Positions 1 through 12,100 of a DNA stretch of 64,000 bases are shown here, in pieces; positions within the stretch are counted from its first letter, which is position 1; the number at the start of each line of letters is the position of its first letter. The stretch spans positions 124,001-188,000 of the forward strand of contig JBLWGC010000224.1 of assembly GCA_048772705.1 (NCBI GenBank), in the 5' to 3' direction. The position numbers and the translations under genes were made by a program. Source of the DNA: Leidyana gryllorum EB-2025a. Lineage: Eukaryota > Protista > Apicomplexa. The notes under the pieces were generated by a model. The model made no database searches. It worked only from the letters and a program-made list of their open reading frames with translations, and was not told the origin of the DNA.

Positions 1-1682
1 GTGCCATGTGTACCGCTGTTTTGGATTGGGCTCTCGCTACCGGTCAGGGTTTCAGTGGTTTCGTATCCATTGGCTCTATGGCTCACATCGAGTGGTCCCA
101 CTTCATGCGTTACCTCGGCTCTGACGACGAGACTAAGGCTATCCTGATGTATATGGAAACCATCGGTAACGCCAACGAGTTCCTCGCTGCTGCCCGTGAG
201 GTCGCTGCCAAGAAGCCCGTCGTTGTCATCAAGGCCGGCAAGACCGCTGCTGCCGCTGCTGCTGCTGTGTCCCACACTGGTTCCCTCGCTGGTTCCCACG
301 ACGCTTTCCTCGCTGCCATGCGCCGCGTCGGTGTCCTCGTCGTCGATTCCATCGATGAGTTGCAGAACATCTCTATGATCACTGCCATGCAGCCCCGCCC
401 CACTGGCCCCGATCTCTACATTGTTACCAACGCCGGAGGCCCTGGTGTCCTCACTACCGACGCCGCCGATATTGCCGGACTCCGCGTCGTTGACTTGCCC
501 GAGTCGATGGTGGAGACTATGAACGGCTTCCTTCCTGCCGCCTGGTCTCATGCCAACCCCATCGACGTTTTGGGTGACGCCAAGGCGGATGTCTACGCCA
601 AATCCTGCGAGGCGGTCTTCGAGCAGTCCGAGGCGGGCTCTTCCCTCCTTGTCATCCTCTCTCCCCAGTCCGTCACTGAGCCCGAAGCCACTGCTCATGC
701 CATCGTCGAAGCCGTCAAGGCCAAGCGTGGCACTGGCAAGTTCGACGGCCCTGTTGTCTGCGCCTGGATGGGAGGCAACCAAGTCGAGTCCGGCCGCAAG
801 TACCTCATCGCCAACGGCGTCCCCTGCTTCTCCCAACCCGATATCGCCGCTCAGGCTTTGGCCCTGGTTTGGAAACAAGCCGAAGTTGCCATGAACCTCA
901 GCAGCGTCCCTGTCGGAACCAACCCCGAGGCCAAGAAGGTCGCCTACGAAATCATGGCTCCCGCCATGAAGGAAGGCCGTACCATCCTCACCGAGTCGGA
1001 ATCGAAGGCGGTCATGAAGGCTTTCGGTATCGACGTCGCTGAGTCTATCGTCTGCCAATCCGCTGAGGAGGCTGTCAAGGCCGCCCACGAAGTCCGCTTC
1101 CCCTGTGTCATCAAGCTCAACTCTGAGACTATCACTCACAAGTCGGACGTTGGTGGTGTCAAATTGAACATCAAGGACGACGAGGGCGTCCGTCAGGCTT
1201 GGACTGACATCAAGACCAACGTCGACAAGATTGGAGCTCACCACTTCCAGGGTGTCTCCGTCCAGCCCATGTTGGATATTGCTGCCGGTGTCGAACTCCT
1301 TGCTGGCTCTACCAACGATAATCAATTCGGCCCCATGGTTGTGTTCGGTGCTGGAGGCTGCCTCGTCGAAGTTTTCCGTGATGCGGCTATGGCTGTTCCT
1401 CCTCTCGACACTGCTGAAGCTAAGAGACTCATCGCTGCTACCAAGATCTCCAAGGCCCTCGTTCCCGGACACGGCGAGCGCTTCAAGGGCTGCCCCATGG
1501 GAGATCTCGAGACTACCATGCAGAAATTCGCTGTTGCCATCTGTGACCTCCACGAAGAGGTTGTGGAGTGCGAAATCAACCCTCTTCTTGCCCTCCCCGA
1601 CCGCATCATCGCTCTCGATGCTCGCGTCGTCTTGAAGGGCAAGGACTCTGAGCAAGTGATCGCCGCTCCCTGCCTTCTTTGA
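1..1682 (+). CDS. Acetate--CoA ligase (ADP-forming) / acetyl-CoA synthetase ADP-forming, 5'-truncated by window edge
   Basis: Begins in the (SQS)[10 protein letters not shown] motif; has SHTGSLAG phospho-His motif, [17 protein letters not shown] and a C-terminal ATP-grasp ([17 protein letters not shown]). Strong C-ending codon bias; no introns seen. Confidence 0.93.
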   Translation, partial: AMCTAVLDWALATGQGFSGFVSIGSMAHIEWSHFMRYLGSDDETKAILMYMETIGNANEFLAAAREVAAKKPVVVIKAGKTAAAAAAAVSHTGSLAGSHDAFLAAMRRVGVLVVDSIDELQNISMITAMQPRPTGPDLYIVTNAGGPGVLTTDAADIAGLRVVDLPESMVETMNGFLPAAWSHANPIDVLGDAKADVYAKSCEAVFEQSEAGSSLLVILSPQSVTEPEATAHAIVEAVKAKRGTGKFDGPVVCAWMGGNQVESGRKYLIANGVPCFSQPDIAAQALALVWKQAEVAMNLSSVPVGTNPEAKKVAYEIMAPAMKEGRTILTESESKAVMKAFGIDVAESIVCQSAEEAVKAAHEVRFPCVIKLNSETITHKSDVGGVKLNIKDDEGVRQAWTDIKTNVDKIGAHHFQGVSVQPMLDIAAGVELLAGSTNDNQFGPMVVFGAGGCLVEVFRDAAMAVPPLDTAEAKRLIAATKISKALVPGHGERFKGCPMGDLETTMQKFAVAICDLHEEVVECEINPLLALPDRIIALDARVVLKGKDSEQVIAAPCLL

Positions 1683-1756
1683 ACCACTTTTTAGTTTCAC
1701 TGAATTCATTCCTCAACAGACCGTTTGAAAAGAATGTCGCAATTGGGTTACAATCT

Positions 1757-2521
1757 CTAGTAGCGGAGCTTACTTTCACACGTTGCAATAAAACTCTCGA
1801 ACAGATTAGCCCACGAGTCATGTTCTCTCCACAGCTCCTCAGGGTGACACTGTATACCCAGGAAGAACGGATGCTCGGCTCTTGGAATCTCGATTGCCTC
1901 CACTACCATATCGGGTGCGTGGGCGGTAGCCACCAACCCCTTTCCCAAACTTTTTACCGCTTGGTGATGCAAAGAGTTAGCCTGGGCGGTAGTGCCACAT
2001 TTAAGGGCACGGGCTAGTTGGCTGCCTATTTCGATCTTCAAAGGATGAGCAATGGTGTTACGAGGTTTGTGGTGCCAGTCATGGGCTTCACATTGGTCTC
2101 CTAGATCCTGATGTAAGGTACCACCAAGCGCAACGTTCATCATTTGCATCCCTCTGCAAATGCCTAATATTGGAATACCAAGCTCCCTGCACGTCCGTAT
2201 CAGCCAAACATCCAGTGCATCCATCTCAGGCCTCAACACTCCAGTCTTCGGATGGGGTGCTTCATCGAAGGCTGCCGGGTCAAGATCATTGCCACCCGGA
2301 ATCAGCACTCCAGAGACGCAATGTTGGATAAAGTGAAAGTAATCTTCGGGATGAGGAAGCACCGGCAGTACTACTGGAACACCTCCCGCAGCTTCGATAG
2401 CATCCGCATATGTAGTAAGGCAAACAGCGTTAGGAACCTTCAGCATCAAATCGCCATCCGCCATCTCATCTGCGAGCCTCGCAGCGATCGCAATCACGGG
2501 AGCAGCTGCTCGAATAACCAT
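1757..2521 (-). CDS. Gamma-glutamyl-gamma-aminobutyrate hydrolase-like class I glutamine amidotransferase (peptidase C26/PuuD-like)
   Basis: YADAIEAAGGVPVVLP, GVLIPGGNDLDP, nucleophile GICRGMQ, NSLHHQAV and QCHPE His-Glu; intronless; first true ATG at 2521. Confidence 0.9.
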   Translation of the reverse strand: MVIRAAAPVIAIAARLADEMADGDLMLKVPNAVCLTTYADAIEAAGGVPVVLPVLPHPEDYFHFIQHCVSGVLIPGGNDLDPAAFDEAPHPKTGVLRPEMDALDVWLIRTCRELGIPILGICRGMQMMNVALGGTLHQDLGDQCEAHDWHHKPRNTIAHPLKIEIGSQLARALKCGTTAQANSLHHQAVKSLGKGLVATAHAPDMVVEAIEIPRAEHPFFLGIQCHPEELWREHDSWANLFESFIATCESKLRY

Positions 2522-2590
2522 GCCGACTGATTTTTGGACCGGATTGAGTTCGTTCGACACATAAATAGGCAGTTCGCACACGTTCGAGAG

Positions 2591-3112
2591 ATGTTACACG
2601 GTGGAACCCGGACTGTATTCGATGGCAATGACAACACGTACTACATCTCAGGACCCAACTGGGACATATTCAAGCAGTCGCTGTTCACCATGTTCGCCGG
2701 CATGTTCCTGATATCGCTAATCTGTTTCGTGTCCAATGACATTCCCATTGCCTTGGCTCTTGGTGGTGGTGTGATTATCCTAAGTCTGACATATTGGTGG
2801 TGCCTCGAAGACAAGCAACGGAGTGACATGGATTTATTGCGTCGAAAGTTCGGAAGCGAAGAAGATGATGGTGGCATTCAAATAGGCGAAAATCAGTCCC
2901 CAGCTCAGATCGCCTTATCACAAATGTTGGGAAAATCTGCTCGCATTCAATTGCAGGGGCGAGGGGGCATTGAACAGCCATCGGCATCTGGGACTGTGAA
3001 GCCCGTCCCGCTCAAGGCAATCTCCGAAAGCACTGCTTCACCTGACTTGACTCCTTTGCAGCAGCGTGCGGCCCTTTCGCAGAGACGCACGACTACCACT
3101 TCTACATCTTGA
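2591..3112 (+). CDS. Hypothetical two-TM membrane protein
   Basis: ORF from ATG 2591 with two hydrophobic segments (SLFTMFAGMFLISLICFV; IALALGGGVIILSLTYWWCL) and a polar tail. Confidence 0.6.
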   Translation: MLHGGTRTVFDGNDNTYYISGPNWDIFKQSLFTMFAGMFLISLICFVSNDIPIALALGGGVIILSLTYWWCLEDKQRSDMDLLRRKFGSEEDDGGIQIGENQSPAQIALSQMLGKSARIQLQGRGGIEQPSASGTVKPVPLKAISESTASPDLTPLQQRAALSQRRTTTTSTS

Positions 3113-3136
3113 ACCAATTGTACATCGTATAAAAAA

Positions 3137-4433
3137 ATGACAGACTGTTGCCAAATGTAAGACAGGCTCGCCTGAATGACCTAACTTCCGCTACTTGCAG
3201 ATGCAAGAAGAAGCAGGAGGCTGAGTTGTATACATGTCCCCGCTGTGGCGTTCGTTATTGCAGCGTCACATGCTATCAAGTGAGTAACGGCTTCCTCCTA
3301 ATCTGGATTTTCGGTCCCTCGGCAGGCACACGGTGATCAGTGCACGTCAACGTTTTCGAGTGAGCAGCTTGCTGATGCGCTGCGAGGGGAAACGGTGAAC
3401 CCGGTGGACCGTCGCAAATTTGACCTACGGACGCGAGAGCTCCGCCAACATGCGCAAGAGCAGCACGACTTTATGGTGGGAGCGGAAGGGATACCAGAAA
3501 TTGACGATGATCGTATGGAAGAGATAGCTGAAGCTGTACTGAGTAAGTTAAAGGCACCGCGAGCTCCACATTTCGGCAGGTGGTACGTTACATCCGGGGA
3601 TGCTGTCCGAGAAGGAGCAGCGGTTGCTGGATGCCTCTATTGAGCAACAGCAACAGGCAATAGCGGCCATGTGGCAGCCATGGTGGGCAGAAGCCATGTT
3701 GCAGCAAGAAGACAAGCCATCAAAGTATGTGCAAGAAGTCCAGCAGAAGCCCGAGAGACCAGCTGCGGCTCATATTTGCTGCAACACTGAGCTTTCGGCC
3801 TCGAGTGCTGTGTTTTACGACCTGCTCGAGATTGGGTAAGTGCTTGATGGTCGGGGATTGGAGTAAACTGCGGCGTCGTTCTGCAGGGCTCGTTACGTGA
3901 TGTTGGATAGATATACTCTTGGGGACCACGAGGTCCTCTTATCCGAGATTTGGGAACCTAAGCAGATTAGACGTCTGACAGAAGGTCAGCGTGACATGCT
4001 GGCTTTGACCCTGACGATGGCAACGGTACTTCCTGAGTACACCATAGAGCGGCACACTCCTCCGCCATCGCTCGCTGTTTGGCAAGATAGATGGGCAAGA
4101 AGCGGTAAAGATTGGTTCAAGTTTATTGCGATCGGGGAATCGAGTATCAAGCGAGCCCCAATCGACCTGGGAGTCCTCTTATTTGAGAAGGCTAACCTCG
4201 AGCGGATGTTGGACGAAGTGGAAAAGGCAGCGGTTGAGTCTGCATCGGTGACCGCGAAGCACAAAGACTTGGGGTTGACCAAAGCACAGTGTGTGGCTCT
4301 CCGACGACGCGTTGACTTCCTCAAAAGTTTCGTCGAGCATCATGTTTCGGATTTGGAGCCCGCGTGGGGTATGAAGATCATCAATCTGGAGGAGATCAGA
4401 TCTGGTCTATTGGAGGATTTGAAAAAACATTGA
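3137..4433 (+). CDS. Zinc finger HIT-domain protein (ZNHIT2-like), spliced
   Basis: Spliced N-terminus reads MTDCCQ(I)CKKKQEAELYTCPRCGVRYCSVTCYQ|AHGDQCT (zf-HIT), followed by a WQPWW motif; GT-AG introns near 3157-3200, 3280-3325, 3543-3579, 3835-3886. Confidence 0.82.
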
Positions 4434-4457
4434 CTTTGTCTTAGCCAGGGGGAGCCA

Positions 4458-5492
4458 TCAGTGGTTCCTACCGCGGAGTCTCGCCCTCGGCTGATAGGTT
4501 GGGCGATGAACAACATCACGTTGGGAGCTGCGAGGAGACACCGAGGAGGACGCAGTCTCCAATCGTGTACCGCCTGGGCAAGGGAGGCGACCTTCATTCT
4601 GTGCGAGGGCACAGGAAAGGTCGGTGATACGACCGTTTGCCATCATTCCGAGAGCCTGAGCTGATTGGGCCAATTGTTCCAGGAGTTCTGGATTCTTGCT
4701 TTTCAGGAGTGCAGCGAGATCCTGGAGTCTCATGTGGAAGGCATCCCTCTCTGATCGAAGGCGTTGGACTCTGTATGTGAGAGCCTCGCGGGTGAACTCT
4801 TCGGAGCTCTGATGGAAGCGCAGTGAAAGGAGCTCATTCCAACGGAACTCTACGTTCTGGACGAAGATGAGGACGGCAGTCCCATCATTCTCCAGGCAGA
4901 GTACAGCCAGATAGGCGTGTGGTTCCAACTTGGCGCTGTTGGCCAGAGTTATGAGCATCTTGGGGAACTGTAGCAGATCGATCGCGAGTTTCTGATTCTC
5001 CCGAAGCGCCGGATAATTGTCCCGATTGACTCTATTGGGGAGTGATGGTGTGTATGAGAGTGCGGTTTGTGTGTGTGGGCAGAACCTACCGGAAGGTGTA
5101 ATGGAGGAAGAGATCGTTCTCGCTGGTGACTTCCACTTTGACTTCCTCTGGGTTTTCAGTGACACCCTATGTTGGGCCACGGTGGAGAAAGAAAGAGTCG
5201 ACGTCGGAGTCTCTCACCTTTATTAGGACTTTGAATTCCAACATTTCTCGGGTTCCGACTTGTGTTGAGCTCAGACGGATCTCTGCTGGGACTCTTCGTT
5301 CGTATACTTTGTGCCAGCCACCGCCTGCGGTTTGTTGAGGGGAGGATTGCGCGACGGTGTGTGTAACTTACGGAGGCTCGGATCCTCATCGTCCAGAGAC
5401 GAGAACTCGAAGCGTAGCAATGCATTACTGGATGGGACATTTGTTGGCTTTGAGGGAGAGGGACAACAATTTCCACGGCAAACAGGAGACAT
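4458..5492 (-). CDS. SAS6L: SAS-6-like protein (SAS6L; SAS-6 N-terminal head plus short coil), spliced
   Basis: Spliced product includes KVEVTSENDLFLHYTF|RVNRDNYPALRENQKLAIDLLQFPKMLITL...FVQNVEFRWNELLSLRF (SAS-6 head/PISA motif) without the long SAS-6 coiled coil. Confidence 0.82.
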
Positions 5493-5722
5493 ATTGAATA
5501 AGAGATGCACACCAATGGTGCACAGCGAAATATGAACAAATCAATTAGAGCTTTACTCGTTATATGGATGAAGGCCGGCAGATCCTCCGCCTGATTGGCC
5601 CAAAAGCAGAAATGCATAAAAGATCTATCATCAATATGAACCGCCAGCGAGAGGCGAGCTTTGGCTTCTACCTTTGAGAAGCGATGGTGATCGTATGAAT
5701 ACAAAGGAACCTTTCAAAGGGA

Positions 5723-7050
5723 TCACGGATAGGGATCGACATGAAAGGTAGTCGTCGGGTTGCTGCCAGTGCTGGAAGAACCTGACGTGCTATCCATCGA
5801 CTGCATCGTCTCAGCGGTATCTTTTGAACCTCCACCTACGGTCCCCATCGTTTGCGGCTGATGCGCAACGATTGAAGTCGAGAGGAGGTTGCTAGCGATG
5901 TCCTGCCAAAGATAATCGAAGTCGTCCTCACTCGGGTGTCCGGCAGTACAGGTAGTTGTAGCATTAGATGGCATTTCCAACGAAGTAGAGAGGGCTTCCA
6001 GTAAGCCAGGAGACTCCTGCTGCTGCTGCTGAGGTGGCGGACAGTTTTCATCGCTGCCGAGGGTAAGTTGATTAATTTGCGTGATAAGTGAGCACAGATT
6101 TCTGACCAGCTCCTCTTGCTGTTGCTGTTGTTGTTCTTCGACGGCCCGGTAGTCGTATGGAATATAGGAGGCTGTTGGAGGCGAAATGTAGCGATGATGC
6201 TGTATGGGGGGGGGAGCCCGGTGCTGTTGATAGGGATAGGGAGAGGATCTCGGAGACCCAACGCGTTGGTTATTCGGCAACCTGTTCAGACGAGCTGACA
6301 TGGGGCTACGTGGGTAATCCATAGGCTGCGAATGCCCCATTGTAGAGGCTTCGGTCGTGATCGAAGAAGTCACATGTGAATGCGGTGATGGGCACTTGTT
6401 TGCTATCGGTGCCCCCATTCGCGGACGCGTTGACCAGCACGGCGTCGTATCAGAGGCGGCAACATTTGCAGCGACTTTGGCTGCACGATATTCTTCGGCA
6501 GTCATGCGACGACGCAACTCATCTGGCGTATGTGCTGCAACGAGACCATATAAACAAACACAAGCATAACGGCCGCGCACTCACCGAAAGGGCAATGATA
6601 ACGACGACAGTTCGGATACACCTTGCACATTTTAGTCTTGTACACCATAGGATGGTACAATTCCTCCTCCTTCGAATGCGCATACGGACAGCCGCGGCCC
6701 CGGTTGCAGCGTCTCAAAAGCGCCATTCGGGAATTGCGACGGACAAATTCGATGTCCGGACACAATGTCGGCCTAGAAGCAGAGCAAGTAGGTCTGGAGG
6801 CGGACAGGCAGGGCTGAACTTACGAATAGAGCACACGCATAGGGTTGCGGCGTTGCCACGTTAGACAGTGCGAGTGGGAGCAGCGGTCAGGGTCAGCACA
6901 GGACCCATTGCACTGGGCTTCGCACAACTTGGTTCTAAAAATGACAAGCTCATGTTCGGAGAGTATGCGATGGTCGTTTGGGCGCCCTTTGGAAGCCGTT
7001 TCCAAGTCCATGACCCGCTCCGAACTCAGATCCCCGCTGAGTGAAGGCAT
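5723..7050 (-). CDS. Tandem CCCH zinc-finger RNA-binding protein (unkempt-like) with Q/P/S-rich tail, spliced
   Basis: FRTKLC..C..C.HSH...RRNP; CPD...[39 protein letters not shown]|AH; two short introns. Confidence 0.88.
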
Positions 7051-7384
7051 GCTGCTATTAGTGGGCGTGTAGTCGATCACCGGCGATGTACCTTTAAGTG
7101 TTGTTTTTCACTGTCTGTAATGATTGTGCTGCAGACAGTGAGCGCCCAACAAATTGACAGACACACGAGACCACACCACTGCACTTTCGCAGTATGTTAG
7201 TAGCCGCTGGCAGTATAACACGCACACTTTTCCTTGACGGCCCATAATTGGGTCTGCAGGAGCCGCATTTGTTAGTCCTTAGCAGCCGACAGGATAGGAT
7301 GTATGTAACGCATAATGTGTCTTGGCGTCTCAAGGGGTCGTAAAGCCTCAATAATGAGTCGTACATTTACATGCACACCCATAA

Positions 7385-9132
7385 ATGAATCAGTCACCGA
7401 CAGACGATTTTGGCCTTAGACACGCTCTGTCTCGCGAGGATCAGAATGAAGTGAAGCGTCTTCTGACCGTGGAAGAAGGTTTGAAGACTGATCAAGATGA
7501 AGGATCTGACGTTGGGTGTTGTGGTTGTGGGGGTGGAGGGTCCAAACAAGAACAATTGACAACTGCCACGCCAGAGTCCCAACAGGTCAACTCCAGTGAT
7601 CGTAGTGTAGATCGACATTTGGCTGACAAGATATTGGCAGATGCCCAACAACAACCGATACCAATCGCTGCCGCTGCCTCGTCATCTTCTGCGGGGGGAT
7701 CGAACAGGGCGGGCTCAACATGGTGTTGCGGGCTTTGTCAGGACGAAGGGGAGACAGAATTGGTGGTGGAGGAAGCGGACGCAGACAAAGAGTTGCCTGA
7801 CACTCAGGGCGGCACAATGATGATCGAGGAGGCGCGCGCAGGAGACATCCGCGGGGATATTCCCCCGAGCCGTGCAGATCTCACACCGCCGATCATAGCT
7901 CCGACAGATCGCCCGTCACCCGTCCCTTCGTCCCAGCCGTCACCCCTGGAGGCCGCCAGAGACCTATCGCCGCCGAGTACGGTACCGCCCTCTGCTCCCC
8001 CGAAGAAGGAAGAGCCTTCATCCGAGTCATCTGCCGCCCCCTCTCCGGCCAAAATTACAGCTCCAGAGCCCGTGGCCCCCGCAGCGGCACCTCGGGTGGC
8101 GGCAGAGCCCCAAAGTGACTCCGTCGGCATCGCGGCTCCCAGAGTGGAAGCTGCTCCCGAGCCGCTGAGCCTACCGCAGGCCGCTCCGCCTCCCGAGCCG
8201 CACCGCGACTCGTTGTCAGCAGCTCAGGCGCCCGCCCCGGTGGTGGAAGGAACGCCGGCGGCTTACGACGCCACACCCATCCAGGAGGTCACTGCGTCGC
8301 CCGCAGCCCCGGAAACGGTTCAGGCGGCTGGGCCGACCGCAATGGTGTCGCCACCAGCATCACCCATAAGTCCCCCCAGCGCGGGCTCGCCAGCCGTTGG
8401 AGACGAGGAGATGATTACTGAAGGGGCCACTGATGGGGAGAAGTTGGCGGCGTTGCAGAAGAAATATCCAGATCAGGATCCCAAGGACATTCAGCGTTGG
8501 GCGTCCACGCGCGGGTGCTATATGGTGTTCGAAGCCGCCAGTAGAGGATACTTCAATGCCATCTGGTCGGAGACGCCTGTACACAAATCCTTAGCCTTCT
8601 TCACACCGGGAGAAGGTGTTCAGATTCCGGCCTCCAAGTATAAGAATCGAGAAAAGATTGCTTTAACTGGTCAACGGGTGAGTGGATTTCGTTGGTAAAT
8701 TGCAGATCTATGGCCGTTGCTCCGACAGGGTACCCACAGACTTGTGCTGAAGGGCGCTATGCTCAACTTTGCCAAATTGTGTGCAAAGTTCCATGGCGAT
8801 TTTGTCCTGTTACCGGCGAGTTGTTGGGCTCAAGAAGGTTTGGGAACCGTCGAAGTCGTGTGGCTTGACAAGGACGAACAGGTTAGTCCACCTACCCCTA
8901 AATGAATATCTGTTCTTACCCTCTTACGCAGTTAACGTTCTGCAAGAAAGCCACAATGCCGTGCACCACAGCCAACGCCCTGACTGTAGCGATCGTGGAT
9001 AATAGTTTCCGGCTGCAAGGACGCGGGCGTGGGAAAGCTGGTGGCGCAAAGTGGACAAAGTTTTCATTCGTTAGCACCGTTAGAGCGATAGCAGGATCCT
9101 TGTATGCTGATGTCGAACCCGCCAAGAGGTGA
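7385..9132 (+). CDS. Immune mapped protein 1 (IMP1)-like protein, spliced
   Basis: Long Pro/Ala/Ser-rich linker followed by an IMP-type domain (GCYMVFEAASRGYFNAIWSETPVHKSLAFFTPG..IPASKYK); Cys clusters near the N-terminus. Confidence 0.72.
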
Positions 9133-9151
9133 ACAAACTATTGATATTGTA

Positions 9152-12100
9152 TTACGCGTGGTGGTTGTTGTCCCATGATTTCATATCCCCATCGAGAAGT
9201 GGTTCATCTTCCTGACTGCTCAACATATCACATTCGTCTTCGAGAGAAGTATCAGCCACCATCTCGGTACCCATCAAGTCGCCATATGTATTGGGAGGGG
9301 AAACTATATCACTACCTTCCAGGCAGCTCTCATCCTCAGCGCACTCTGGCCCTGGCCGATACATATCCAACTCCCGCTTCAGCCTCGCATAGAATCCGCT
9401 ATAATCAAGCCGCACCATCAATGTGCTGATAGTTGTTTACACCATATCCAGTAATAGTTACCCCCGCAAAGACTTACGCTACAGCATCAGACTGATATTT
9501 GGTCTTCAATTCCTCAAGGGTGTCCATAAGCTCCAAAATCTTGATGGTAAATCGGTATCGAGCCTCTTCGATCTTTGGCCCATATTCCTCTTGATAACTC
9601 AAGGAAGCGTCTTCGCGCTCTTCGTCAGACAAGGGAACGCCGCAGTCTGTGGCTTCGAATAACGTGCTCATGAGTTCCTGACCAGCCACGTGCACCGTGT
9701 CCTGTCCGATCGCAACCGTGTGTGTGTCTCCACCCGATCGGAAATAACTCACGGATAATGCAGCAAAAGAAGCTCCGAGCTCTAAGATGTCGTCAATCAA
9801 CTTGGCTATACGTGGCATTTGAGCCTTGGAGTCTTCCAGAACGCACGCGCGTTTACGCGTTTTGGCTACCATGGGAAGGATGCAAGAAGCGGAAAGGAAC
9901 GATTTGTCCAAATCCGATCGACCATCTCGTCCCGAGCTGCCCGAACTATGACTGAAGGCAAGACACTTCAGCCGTGTTGGCTCAGGCCACTCGTCCAGAA
10001 AGCATCCCAACAGTAAGGTGTGAACGAACTCCTCTTGTATATCTATCAATTCGTCCAAGTTCTTCCACTTGTCCGCGCGGAGTCGTCCGATCATTGATTC
10101 ATACGACGGACCAATGACGTCATTGAAAACATAGTGTTCAATGCACTGCACACAGTGCAGTATCTCGTTTCGCAGAGCTTGTACCTGACATGGAAGTGTG
10201 CTGCAGCTGTCTGACAATGACTCTTACATCGACTATAGTACTGACAATTTCTTGAAAGCTCATTAGGAACGAATTATTCATTTGTGCCGCCCACACTGAA
10301 TGATGCAGTCGGCTGACTCGTCGCACTCTGAAGGGAGGGAGAATTGGACGGGACACCCGACAAGGTGTCTGAAACTCACTTCCACAACATGGAGAAGATT
10401 CGTCGATATTGGAACCTCAAATCGTCTCGCAATACAACGGAGATGGGGTTCTCCGAGATTGCCCAATCCAATGTGAAAAACTCCCATTTGGAGGTACCGA
10501 ATTGCTCGTCCGGCGACGCTTTGATGGCTGACAGATAACTCAGTAGCGCTTCATCCTGATTCACCGCGATAGCTGCACGGAACAAACAAAGGTGGTTGTC
10601 CTCAAAGCCGATCAAAGGCGTTCCACTCACATGACCGTATGGCTTTGACGATGCAGGAGTCTATTTCCGACTGGGTCACGGAGGCCGCGCCACCACACCG
10701 TATCAGCACTTCAGTGCTCTCTTCGATCAAACATTCAATAAAGTCTCCATAGCCCAACAACAGGAACCCCTTCACTGCCTCCATATGGTCTAAGAGGCGG
10801 TGCTCTTCGATCAAAATGTGCCTTATGCTGAAAGCGTTGTTGAGGTCGGGGTCAGCTCTGTCGAAAGTTACCTACCACGCTTCATGGGACTTGGCATAGG
10901 TTGACAACTGGCCGAGGAGATTTCCAAAGGTGCGACAGGGCCATTCGTGGCTCTTATGAGTCCCATTCGAGGTGGCCAGTGGTTGGGAATAGGGCAATTC
11001 GGTCAGGGCCGGCCCCGGTCCTTGTGTGTCGCCCGCCGTGGTGCCCCTGAGAATGGACCCATCCGAGTCTCGGAATTCCTCCAAAGCTTTGAGTCCAATC
11101 CCTGGGACCTCACACAGAGTATTGTTGCTCAGAGGGGAGGCGTCAACAATATCGCACAGAGCGGGATTGTTTCTCATATCATCAAAGTGTGACGATCCCC
11201 GCAGCCTTCTGATAAAGTGGGCCATCCGTCCTGTGTTCAGGATAGACTTGACGACATCCTCAGACATGAAAGAAGGGACCAGTGACCAGTCGATGGACTG
11301 ACTCTCACGCCACGACGAGTAGTATGTACTCGCTCCAGTCTGTTTGATGAACCACTCATTATACTGATCTTCGAGCTCGCCTTCCACTATCCAGTCACGG
11401 ATGAACTCGTTCATAGGGATCATGGCCGCATCAAACTGCGAGAGGCTTAGTTTGTGGACGAGAGAGGGCAATAAAATGAACAGTATTACCAGTTGTTGAA
11501 TGGTGGCAGATCTGGTGGGGTCGCCGGACCGTCTCAAATCTGCGGTGCGCAAAAGTCGCCAGGAAGGACAGACAGACCCACCCACGAGTCCCAACTTACC
11601 ATCGAGAGTACTCAAAAGTTCCCCGCCGATCTGTCCAGCGGTCAGCGAAACTGCCGACGCCACACAATAGATCCGTTTCAGCACCGGTCGCAACCGCACA
11701 ATTAGTCTCCGCAGCACTCTACTTGAGAAGAGAATCCGAGGTGCTGGAAACGTTTCCAGTCTGACAAAGGAAGAGAGTCCCGTATGTGGTGAAGGCCCCC
11801 CATCAAGTTTGTTGCCTCACAGATTGTCATCCCGTGGGACATTGCCCATCGCTGTCAGATCGGTCTCCACCATCCCCAGCTCGTGATAGTAGGCGCTCAG
11901 CATTTCCCGGACACAGCCGAGAAAGGCTGTCACAACGAGACTGCTGGTGTGACACGCAACAGGCAGAGGCGTTGGGGGCGGAATGTAATTGGCCAATCGA
12001 TGGTTGTGGTACCGAGTGTCTTCTTGGAACTCAAAAGGAGTCAGGGTGACCTTTCCAGCGCTGTCAACCCATTGCCCTCTCCGGAAGGCGCCTATCATGG

